DNA of 32,000 bases from assembly GCF_003010955.1 (NCBI RefSeq), contig NZ_PGGO01000033.1, positions 1-32,000 on the forward strand, given 5' to 3'. Position 1 is the stretch's first letter. Every line of letters starts with the position of its first letter. Positions 19,197-26,927 of this stretch are shown here, piece after piece. The DNA is from Phyllobacterium brassicacearum (GTDB taxonomy: Bacteria > Pseudomonadota > Alphaproteobacteria > Rhizobiales > Rhizobiaceae). The notes under the pieces were generated by a model. The model was not told where the DNA came from and searched no databases. It saw only the letters and a program-made list of their open reading frames with translations. The position numbers and the translations under genes are program-made.

Positions 19197-20549
19197 TCAT
19201 GCTGCCTGGCTGTGCGTCCGGGTGGACTCTTCAATATAGGCATCGAAAGCGGCCGCGACCGCCCGGATGACGAAGCGATGATCCTTTTTCACCAGGACGC
19301 AGCCGTTGTCGATCTTAACCACACCGTCATCTTCCAACATCTTCAGCCGCCTGTTGCCCTCGAGCAGTACGGCGGGATCGAAACCGTGCGTGGCGGCAAT
19401 CGATGGAATGTCTGCGCTGAAATCGCACATCAGCCTCTCGATTACCTGCGCGCGAAACTTGTCGTCTCCGGTAAAACGATAGCCCTTCACCGTGGCGAGA
19501 TCTCCGGACCTGATGTACTGGGCAAAACGTCCTGGTGCGACTTCGTTCTGCACATATCCGTCCACCATCCGACCGATTGCTGACGCACCGAACCCGATCA
19601 TCGTCTCGCAATTGTCGGTGGTGTAGCCTTGAAAGTTCCGTCTCAACTTCCCGGCATCTTGGGCAATCACGAGATCGTCGGTCTTCAGGGCGAAGTGGTC
19701 GAGGCCGACCTGATGGTATCCGGCCGAGACGAGCGTTTCGCTGATGGCCTCAGCCTGGGCGTTCCGCCCGGCGGTGTCGGCGAGGGCAGTTTCGTCGATC
19801 ATCCTCTGATGCTTCTTGAACGATGGGATGTGGGCATATCCAAACACCGAGAAGCGGTCTGGCTTCATGGCGATGGCAGCCTTGGTTGTTTCGACACAGG
19901 ATCGCTCCGTCTGGTGCGGCAGCCCGTAGATCAGGTCGAAATTGATGCGGCGCACCCCGCTCTTGCGAAGGTCGCGAACTGCCTGGAGCGTCTGTTGTTC
20001 GGTCTGGATTCGGTTGATGGCTTTTTGGACAACGGGATCAAACGTCTGCACGCCGAGGCTTGCACGGGTGACCCCTCCTGCTCCGAGTGCCGCCGCCATG
20101 TCGTTGGTCAGCCGGCGCGGATCGATCTCTACGGCGATGTTTGTTTGGTCGGAAACGTCGAACCACTGACGCAGCAGCGCCGTCAACTGCAGAAACTCTT
20201 CGGGTTGGATTATGGTGGGCGTGCCCCCGCCGAAATGAATCTCACCGATCGGCAATGGTTTGGGAGCGCGTTGGGCAACCATGTCGATTTCACTCTTCAA
20301 GAAATGAAGATAGTCGCTGATCGGCTGATCCTGCTGGCTGATGGTCGTGTGACAACCACAGTACCAGCACATGGATCTGCAAAAAGGGATGTGCAGGTAT
20401 AGCGAGACCGGATCGTTGATAGGAATGTTCTCCAACCAATCTCCATAGGTTCCCTTGCCGATGGCCGGGGAAAACCGCGGGGCGGTCGGGTAACTTGTGT
20501 AGCGAGGCAGTCGGGCTTTGCCGTACTTTCTCAAAATCTCCGGGTTCAT
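19197..20549 (-). CDS. hemN: Oxygen-independent coproporphyrinogen III oxidase (radical SAM HemN), 450 aa
   Basis: PRYTSYPTA motif and radical SAM CRSMCWYCGC. ATG at 20549 with AGGAA upstream. The track ORF adds 70 unsupported N-terminal residues. Confidence 0.92.
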   Translation of the reverse strand: MNPEILRKYGKARLPRYTSYPTAPRFSPAIGKGTYGDWLENIPINDPVSLYLHIPFCRSMCWYCGCHTTISQQDQPISDYLHFLKSEIDMVAQRAPKPLPIGEIHFGGGTPTIIQPEEFLQLTALLRQWFDVSDQTNIAVEIDPRRLTNDMAAALGAGGVTRASLGVQTFDPVVQKAINRIQTEQQTLQAVRDLRKSGVRRINFDLIYGLPHQTERSCVETTKAAIAMKPDRFSVFGYAHIPSFKKHQRMIDETALADTAGRNAQAEAISETLVSAGYHQVGLDHFALKTDDLVIAQDAGKLRRNFQGYTTDNCETMIGFGASAIGRMVDGYVQNEVAPGRFAQYIRSGDLATVKGYRFTGDDKFRAQVIERLMCDFSADIPSIAATHGFDPAVLLEGNRRLKMLEDDGVVKIDNGCVLVKKDHRFVIRAVAAAFDAYIEESTRTHSQAA

Positions 20550-20612
20550 GAGACGTTCCTGATCTATGTGTGACGGTGGCGTCAAAAGTAGGTGTTTCAG
20601 TCTCCGGGGTCT

Positions 20613-20626
20613 TTGCGCGAGATCAA
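20613..20626. promoter_or_regulatory. FNR/NnrR-type box TTGCG-CGAG-ATCAA upstream of hemN
   Basis: The centre is 70 nt from the hemN ATG, which implies a leader of about 29 nt with class II geometry. Confidence 0.65.
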
Positions 20627-20658
20627 CAACGAGTTGCCAAAGCCATTCTCTGAATTGT

Positions 20659-20672
20659 TTGCGCTGCCTCAA
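20659..20672. promoter_or_regulatory. FNR/NnrR-type box TTGCG-CTGC-CTCAA upstream of the DUF2249 operon
   Basis: The centre is 105 nt upstream of the ATG at 20771. This is the second box in the same 221-nt divergent intergenic region. Confidence 0.55.
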
Positions 20673-20770
20673 GTTTCCGCGACCGTCTCCGATGTAGGAA
20701 TCGTGTGGTCCGGACCAGCTTTGGCCATGCATTCCGGATTTTCTTGCAACCGGCCGCATGAGAGATCGTC

Positions 20771-21061
20771 ATGGTAGATACAGCCACCGAAAAGGAACAC
20801 GTCCTGGATGTGCGCACGCTTGCGCCCCACGTGCGTCACTCCACTATTTTCACACTCATCGACGCGCTGCCCATGGGAGCATCGCTCACCATCATCAGCG
20901 ACCATCCTCCACGTCCGCTGCACTATCAGCTTGAAACGAAGTTTCCCGGGCAGTTCTCGTGGGATTATCTCGAAGAGGGTCCAGAGGAGTGGCGCGTTTC
21001 AATTGGAAGACTCACCGCCGCCGCCGTCGACACACATGAATGCACCTGCGGCGGACACTAA
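20771..21061 (+). CDS. DUF2249 domain protein with a Cys/His C-terminal tail, 96 aa
   Basis: LDVRTLAPHVRHSTIFTLIDALPMGASLTIISDHPPRPLHYQL...WDYLEEGPEEWRVSIGR matches the DUF2249 pattern as I recall it. The tail is THECTCGGH. Confidence 0.75.
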   Translation: MVDTATEKEHVLDVRTLAPHVRHSTIFTLIDALPMGASLTIISDHPPRPLHYQLETKFPGQFSWDYLEEGPEEWRVSIGRLTAAAVDTHECTCGGH

Positions 21062-21092
21062 CCTGCGGACATTCTGACCGGAGATTGATATT

Positions 21093-22439
21093 ATGCCCGG
21101 AGCGGCGCTGTCCCGCTGGACCATGACCTACTTTGCTGCTGCACTCTTGTTCCTCATTCTTGGAGAGACAATGATGGTTGCGGGCTACGGGTTTCCTTCA
21201 GCGCCGCTCAGGGCACCCGAAACCTTGATGCTTGTCCACATCGTCGCCATTGGCTGGTTGACTTTGCTCATGCTGGGAGCGCTTTTGCAATTTGTGCCTG
21301 TGTTGGTGGGACGATCACTTCGTGCGCAGCGTTTGGCATTGCCGGCACTGCTGCTGATCCTCGTCGGACTTCTGTGTCTGGAGGCAGGTTTTGCCGCTCT
21401 TGCCGGTATGGTCCCGCTCTACACCTCTGATCTGGCTGCGGGAGCGGCCGCCCTGGTTCTGGGCGTTGCGATGGCAGTGATGATCATCGGTCTGACGCTT
21501 TGGCAAGCACGGCCTTTAACGGCGCCGGCCCGTTTTGTTGCAATCGGCATAGGATGCCTCGTGGTCACCGCGATGCTTGGAGGAGCGTTCGCTCTTGAAC
21601 TGTCCGGAATTGCAGAAAACGAAATCTTCTCTCGGCTCGATCTGAACGGATTGTCGATCCACGCCGTCCTCGGTCTTGGTGGTTGGATGAGTTTTACCGC
21701 AATCGGAGTCAGCTATCGCCTGCTGATGATGTTCATGTTGTCACCGGACAGCGCCGCACGCGTTGACCGCGCAGTGTTGTGGATCGGTGCGGGTGCTTTG
21801 ATGCTCGTCGCTGCGGGAGTCCCGTTCATCATTGCGTTTGCGGCACCCTTGACCGCAAGCCTGACGATTGCGGGGATACTTGGCGTTGTGGTTGTCGGGC
21901 TCTATGTAAGCGACGTTGTCCGCATCTACCGTAAGCGTGTGCGCAAAACAGTCGAACTCAACAGCTCGGCCAGTGTGGGTGCCTACGGTGCACTGGTTGC
22001 TTCTGCAGCGCTCCTGGCCATCGTTTATTTTGACCATGGCGATTACGCAGCGGCCGCGTTGACATACGCTTTCGTCTTTGGCTGGTTGACCGGGTTGGGA
22101 CTTGCCCAGCTCTACAAGATCATTCCCTTTCTCACCTGGCTTGAGTGCTATGGGCCCGTCCTGGGAAAATCACCCACACCGCGTGTGCAGGACCTGGTTC
22201 GGGAGAAGGGTGCAAGCGTCTGGTTTGTGATCTACTATGCAAGCGTTGCTGCGGGGACAATCTGCATTCTTTCGGCACAGGCAAACCTCTTCCGCGGCAC
22301 TTGTCTCGTCCAGCTCTTGGCCACGCTCGTTATCGTCGCACAATACGTGAGGGCCCGCTGCCTTGCCGACGTGGCACCTGCACTGCAATTGCCCCACGGG
22401 GCGCGGCGACCGAACCTGTTCTTGTCACGTTCGTCATGA
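21093..22439 (+). CDS. Uncharacterised polytopic membrane protein (about 12 TM), 448 aa
   Basis: About 12 hydrophobic segments. Two similar His-containing TM motifs are present (LVHIVAIGW...GALLQFVP and SIHAVLGLGGW...). It starts 31 nt after the previous gene, and I recognise no named family. Confidence 0.75.
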   Translation: MPGAALSRWTMTYFAAALLFLILGETMMVAGYGFPSAPLRAPETLMLVHIVAIGWLTLLMLGALLQFVPVLVGRSLRAQRLALPALLLILVGLLCLEAGFAALAGMVPLYTSDLAAGAAALVLGVAMAVMIIGLTLWQARPLTAPARFVAIGIGCLVVTAMLGGAFALELSGIAENEIFSRLDLNGLSIHAVLGLGGWMSFTAIGVSYRLLMMFMLSPDSAARVDRAVLWIGAGALMLVAAGVPFIIAFAAPLTASLTIAGILGVVVVGLYVSDVVRIYRKRVRKTVELNSSASVGAYGALVASAALLAIVYFDHGDYAAAALTYAFVFGWLTGLGLAQLYKIIPFLTWLECYGPVLGKSPTPRVQDLVREKGASVWFVIYYASVAAGTICILSAQANLFRGTCLVQLLATLVIVAQYVRARCLADVAPALQLPHGARRPNLFLSRSS

Positions 22440-22449
22440 GGAGACGCAA

Positions 22450-22983
22450 ATGAACCAACAGTCCCATGAACTCGATGTCCGTCCGATCCTGCGGAGCGGC
22501 GGGGAACCCTTCCAGGCGATCATGAAGGCCGTGGCGGACCTGAAGCCCGGTCAGGGATTGAGGCTCCTCGCCACCTTCCGCCCGGAGCCGCTCTTCCGCG
22601 TGATGGAGGGACGTGGGTTTACCAGCGTGGCCCGTGAAATCGACGGCGGAGACTGGGAGGTCCTGTTCACGCCCAGGGTTGCCGCCGAACCTCCCGTCGA
22701 CGTGTCGACAAACGCGGAGATGCCGCAGCTCTGGCCCGATCCAGACACCAGTCTGGACCTCACAGATCTCGATCCACCGGAACCGATGGTTCGGATCCTG
22801 GCCGCCACAGAACAGATGGAGCCGGGTAGGGTTCTCTTCGCACTGTTGTCCCGGGAGCCGCTGTTTCTTTTTCCCGAGTTGACCCGTCGGCATCATCAGT
22901 GGGTCGGGAGTTTCGACGATACCGGAGAAGCCTATCGAATCCTCATCCGCATTGGTACAAGGACGGAAAACAACAATGGATGA
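22450..22983 (+). CDS. Tandem DUF2249 domain protein, 177 aa
   Basis: Two DUF2249-like halves (LDVRPILRSGGEPFQAIMKAV...DWEVLF and LDLTDLDPPEPMVRILAAT...AYRILIR). A strong GAGGAG sits 7 nt upstream of the ATG at 22450. The track ORF start at 22363 lies inside the upstream gene. Confidence 0.75.
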   Translation: MNQQSHELDVRPILRSGGEPFQAIMKAVADLKPGQGLRLLATFRPEPLFRVMEGRGFTSVAREIDGGDWEVLFTPRVAAEPPVDVSTNAEMPQLWPDPDTSLDLTDLDPPEPMVRILAATEQMEPGRVLFALLSREPLFLFPELTRRHHQWVGSFDDTGEAYRILIRIGTRTENNNG

Positions 22984-23296
22984 AGCCGGGATTGCATCGC
23001 TTCGATCCTCGGTGCGGGAATCGCTGAAGATCATACTCGATCCCGAACTTGGCGAAAACATCGTCGACCTTGGGTTGATCTATGGGCTTGACGTGGCTGC
23101 CAATGGAAATGTTCGTGTCACAATGACAACTACCACGAAGGCATGCCCGGCAACGGGTTTCCTTCAGGAGGCAGTGAAGTTACACATCTCCGGAGTGCCA
23201 GGTGTGAGTGCTGTACAAGTCGATCTTACATACGAGCCACAATGGTCGCCCAAATTGATCATGGGCGAGGCGCGTACTTTTTTTACAAGTCGATGA
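22976..23296 (+). CDS. DUF59 / SufT-like metal-sulfur cluster assembly family protein, 106 aa
   Basis: ILDPELGENIVDLGLIY...VRVTMTTTTKACPATG...VQVDLTYEPQWSP is the classic DUF59 (MIP18/PaaD-like) pattern, including the conserved Cys. The ATG at 22976 overlaps the preceding gene by 8 nt. Confidence 0.8.
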   Translation: MDEAGIASLRSSVRESLKIILDPELGENIVDLGLIYGLDVAANGNVRVTMTTTTKACPATGFLQEAVKLHISGVPGVSAVQVDLTYEPQWSPKLIMGEARTFFTSR

Positions 23297-23382
23297 CCAT
23301 CGACCTGAGCAAAATGCGACGACATGATCGATTTGCCCGAAGAGCGGCACAACCCCCGATCACACACGCCTCGTAATGGCAT

Positions 23383-23906
23383 CAGGTCTGGGATCGGGGC
23401 AACAGGAACCGGAGCGCCGGCATTGTTGGACTCATCGCCCGAAACATCGATAACCCGTCAGCTTGCTCGAAATCGATTGGTTCGAATAAGCTCACGCGCG
23501 AACGCCAGCGCGTTCGAGATCGATGTAAAGGATATCCTTCTTATTGGTTGCCGACGCAAGTCTTCAGCAAACCGAGCGGCAGACTCTGAACCGTCAATCA
23601 GAGTCCACGGCACAACCTGAACAGCCGCGCCACCGCACTCGACGAAGGTCACTGCGATCTTTTTCAGTTGCCCCGCGAGTACCGAACTGACGATCTCAGC
23701 GCTCCGAAAGGCATTTACATAACCTTCCCTTTGAACTTTCTGTTCTTCGATATCCATTGAATAAGAAACATCAACGGCAATGAACAGTTCGAGGTATACG
23801 GGAACAGGATATAGTCCGGCGAAAGTGTGCTTCCGCCCAGAACACAGAACGATGCAGAAGTGCCCATCCCAATTTCATTGCGGAAATCCCGCGCTGCGCT
23901 CCCCAC
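23383..23906 (-). pseudogene. Decayed vWA-like (DUF1194-like) gene with a frameshift, an in-frame TGA and a 3' truncation
   Basis: The minus strand reads ...VYLELFIAVDVSYSMDIEEQKVQREGYVNAFRS...IAVTFVECGG..VVPWTLIDGSESAARFAEDL...SISNALAFAREL..RFRAS*RVIDVSGDESNNAGAPV. The DxSxS MIDAS motif and VIDVSGD..NN are in one frame, interrupted by TGA at 23458-23460. A signal-peptide-like start (MGTSASFCVLGG) is in a different frame, and the C-terminal third is absent. Confidence 0.65.
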
Positions 23907-24093
23907 GGAGCATTTCGGCGTTCACCGGCAAAACTCATTGGCCGTTGAGACTATCAAATTGGTCATCTTCCACAACGCAATGGCAATGAAGTCCTCAAAG
24001 AACGAGTGTTCCACGATCAACCAGCAGAGCCCGTGACGGTGGTATTGGCTCAAAGCAGACCTGATAGGCGGTTGTCACCGCGTTGCTTCCAAT

Positions 24094-25311
24094 TCAGTCT
24101 GTGCTCCGGGCACCGCGTTTGGCATGTGTCAGCATTGGGGCATATTCCAACAGGAACAGTCCGAAGGCAACGATCCACAACACCCCCGCCACTGATACCA
24201 TTACCTGGTATGTTGCGGGAAAGACGTTGGCGAGGGGGCGAATGATCGCCGCCGCGATGATTGCAAGGTAGGTGGCGTTGGTCCTGGCCGACGATGTCAG
24301 CAAGCGTCCGGTGTGCCCGCGGCTTACGCGAGTCATCACAGCGAGCATCATGCATGCAATCGAACCGATTGTGAGCAGGTGCAATACGGAGATCTGATCG
24401 ATCAACCCTGTTGCACCGGCTGCCATGCCGATGAAGCTCAGTGGAACGAACAAATAGGCAGCGTGAAGCACCAAAAGCAGCTTTTCCGGATGTGTCGTCC
24501 AACCGCGCCAACGCATCAGCCGTACACTGTGCAGGGTCGCCGCGGCAAGAGCAGCTATTCCGGTCAGCTTACTCTCTGGCCAGAAAGTCCAAAGGGCGAA
24601 AGTCCCGAATGCACCGAAAATGGCGGTGACATCAAACCCATCGTAGGGCACGGGGAAGTCGGTTCGACCGAAGCGATTGAGCCAATTGCGTGTGAAGCTC
24701 GGAAGAATGCGGCCACCGACGATAATCACCAGCATTGTATACGCGGAAACCGCCAGGCGGGTCGCGGTGCCCGTGGTGTCGCCGCTGATAACGGAACAAT
24801 GGAAGAATATGTTCGCAGTCGACAGGGCGGCCAATCCGGCGATGACTTTCAGATCCTTCCACTTGCGGCCAGCAACGACTTCCCGAGCGCAAATAAAAAG
24901 GAGCGACAGCAAAAACGATGCGTCGATAGCGGCGGCGGGCAGGACGCCGATGGTGCCTGTCAGGAACATTGCAACACGTCCGGCAACCCAAATCGAGAGC
25001 AGCGCTAACAGCGGAACCCCGGACACCGGAAGTCGTCCAGTCCAGTTGGGAACCGCCGTCAAAAGAAATCCGGCAAGTACCGCCGGAGCGAATCCGAACA
25101 ACATTTCATGGGCATGCCACTCAATTGCGCCATAGGTGCCACCGACCGGAAAACCCGATGTGATGGCCGCCATCCACAACCCCATTGCGAGTATCGCCCA
25201 CGAAGCAGCGCCAAGAAAAAACGGACGGAACCCGTAAGAGAATACTATAGGGCCAGTGTTTGAAATGCCGCGCGGGATACCACCCCGTTTTTGTGCGGGA
25301 GTTCCGTCCAT
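24094..25311 (-). CDS. nnrS: NnrS family haem/copper membrane protein, 405 aa
   Basis: FFLGAA...WHAHEMLFGF...LLTAVPNWTG and MTRVSRGHTGR motifs, with 12 TM segments. It is divergent from nirK and has an NnrR box upstream. Confidence 0.9.
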   Translation of the reverse strand: MDGTPAQKRGGIPRGISNTGPIVFSYGFRPFFLGAASWAILAMGLWMAAITSGFPVGGTYGAIEWHAHEMLFGFAPAVLAGFLLTAVPNWTGRLPVSGVPLLALLSIWVAGRVAMFLTGTIGVLPAAAIDASFLLSLLFICAREVVAGRKWKDLKVIAGLAALSTANIFFHCSVISGDTTGTATRLAVSAYTMLVIIVGGRILPSFTRNWLNRFGRTDFPVPYDGFDVTAIFGAFGTFALWTFWPESKLTGIAALAAATLHSVRLMRWRGWTTHPEKLLLVLHAAYLFVPLSFIGMAAGATGLIDQISVLHLLTIGSIACMMLAVMTRVSRGHTGRLLTSSARTNATYLAIIAAAIIRPLANVFPATYQVMVSVAGVLWIVAFGLFLLEYAPMLTHAKRGARSTD

Positions 25312-25371
25312 TTTACTCTCCGATCAATTTGCTGTTCCTGGCGACTCTGCATCATATCGGACGAGGGATCC

Positions 25372-25385
25372 TTGCGTTTGCGCAA
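25372..25385. promoter_or_regulatory. NnrR-type box TTGCG-TTTG-CGCAA (perfect half-sites) upstream of nnrS
   Basis: The centre is 67 nt from the nnrS ATG (25311), which implies a leader of about 26 nt. Confidence 0.7.
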
Positions 25386-25441
25386 ACGGTCAGTCGGAAT
25401 GGCCGATTCTGCGCATCTTAACGACAAGCTCAAAGTCTTTT

Positions 25442-25455
25442 TTGATCCAGATCAA
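25442..25455. promoter_or_regulatory. Perfect FNR/FixK consensus palindrome TTGAT-CCAG-ATCAA in the nnrS-nirK intergenic region
   Basis: Read directly. The centre is 137 nt from the nnrS ATG and 233 nt from the nirK ATG. It shares TTGATCCAG with the box at 13456. Confidence 0.6.
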
Positions 25456-25589
25456 ACAATTCTTTGACGTTTATTTGTCGACGGCAATCGATTTGCAGCA
25501 ACGGCGAGCCAGTTCTTTAGAATGTCTCTAACAAAATTGCATCGTAGATAGTCTCTGCGACAAAAAAGCTTTCACGGTTCCCCTGCTGT

Positions 25590-25603
25590 TTGTTGTGCAT
25601 CAA
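25590..25603. promoter_or_regulatory. NnrR/FNR-type box TTGTT-GTGC-ATCAA upstream of nirK
   Basis: The centre is 85 nt from the nirK ATG (25682), which implies a leader of about 44 nt. Confidence 0.6.
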
Positions 25604-25681
25604 AGAGTGCTTCGCGAGGACTGCTATTGATGGTCATGCCGGCTAACATTCGCCCGGTATCGTCCATCAAGGAGAACAGCG

Positions 25682-26809
25682 ATGACGAACCAAATGAAAA
25701 TTTCTCGCCGCACTATCCTGGCCGGCGCAGCTATCACTGGGGTCCTGACACCCATTCTGGCCAATGCGGCCACTCCTGCAACCAAAGCTCCGGTTAAGCT
25801 AACGCCAACGGATATTGCTTCGCTTCCCCGCAGGAAAATAGAACTCGTAAAACCCCCATTCGTCCATGCTCACACTCAAAAGGCAGAAGGCGGACCAGTG
25901 CTCATTGAAGTCACCCTCACCATCGAGGAAAAGAAGATAGCGATCGATGAAGAAGGTACGGAAATTAACGCGATGACGTTCGACGGTTCTGTCCCAGGGC
26001 CCATGATCGTTGTCCATCAGGGCGACTATGTTGAGGTGACACTCGTCAATCCTGACACCAACACAATGCAGCACAATATCGATTTCCATTCCGCGACAGG
26101 TGGCCTGGGCGGCGGCGCATTGACGGTTGTCAACCCTGGTGAAAAGACAGTTCTCCGCTTCAAAGCTACGAAAGCCGGCGTGTTCGTTTACCACTGCGCA
26201 CCTCCCGGAATGGTTCCCTGGCACGTAACTTCGGGCATGAATGGAGCGATTATGGTGCTCCCACGGGAAGGCCTGACGGACGGCAAGGGCAACGAACTGA
26301 CTTACGACAAAATTTACTATGTCGGCGAACAGGACTTCTACATACCAAGGGATGCAGACGGCAAATTCAAGAAGTATGAGACGGCCGCCGACTCCTACGC
26401 CGATACCCTCGAAGTCATGCGCAGGCTCACACCCAGTCATATCGTCTTTAACGGTGCCGTTGGCGCGCTAACCGGAGAAAATGCTCTGAAGGCCGCAGTT
26501 GGTGAAAAAGTGCTGATCGTGCACTCTCAGGCCAATCGGGACACCAGGCCCCACCTCATCGGTGGCCATGGTGACTTCGTCTGGGCGACAGGCAAGTTCC
26601 ATAATACTCCGGACTATGATCAGGAAACATGGTTTATCCCGGCCGGCACCGCAGGCGCGGCATTCTACACCTTCGAACAGCCCGGCATCTACGCTTATGT
26701 AAACCACAACCTGATCGAAGCCTTCGAACTGGGCGCTGCGGCCCATTTCAAGGTCACCGGTGATTGGAACGACGATCTGATGACTTCAATCCTGTCCCCG
26801 GGGAGCTGA
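25682..26809 (+). CDS. nirK: Copper-containing nitrite reductase NirK, 375 aa, with a Tat signal peptide
   Basis: Twin-arginine leader [11 protein letters not shown]...ANA, type 2 Cu HNIDFH, and type 1 Cu [23 protein letters not shown] is upstream of the ATG. Confidence 0.95.
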   Translation: MTNQMKISRRTILAGAAITGVLTPILANAATPATKAPVKLTPTDIASLPRRKIELVKPPFVHAHTQKAEGGPVLIEVTLTIEEKKIAIDEEGTEINAMTFDGSVPGPMIVVHQGDYVEVTLVNPDTNTMQHNIDFHSATGGLGGGALTVVNPGEKTVLRFKATKAGVFVYHCAPPGMVPWHVTSGMNGAIMVLPREGLTDGKGNELTYDKIYYVGEQDFYIPRDADGKFKKYETAADSYADTLEVMRRLTPSHIVFNGAVGALTGENALKAAVGEKVLIVHSQANRDTRPHLIGGHGDFVWATGKFHNTPDYDQETWFIPAGTAGAAFYTFEQPGIYAYVNHNLIEAFELGAAAHFKVTGDWNDDLMTSILSPGS

Positions 26810-26822
26810 TATCCCGAAGCTG

Positions 26823-26853
26823 AATGTCGAACGGGCGATGCCCGTTCGACATT
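26823..26853 (+). terminator. Perfect 14-bp hairpin after nirK (terminator or attenuator)
   Basis: AATGTCGAACGGGC - GAT - GCCCGTTCGACATT starts 14 nt after the nirK stop. It is followed only by a short T run (ATTT), so termination may be partial. Confidence 0.55.
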
Positions 26854-26927
26854 TACTCATGCAAGAGTTGAAACTAACCTCGTAAGTAGCATGAAAACTT
26901 GCATATATTTTGCACTGGAGGCCACAA

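Noticed and set aside
23458-23757. 99-aa ORF treated as an independent small gene.
   Set aside because: It is an internal fragment of a vWA/DUF1194-like pseudogene. Similarity continues upstream without a start codon and downstream past its stop codon.
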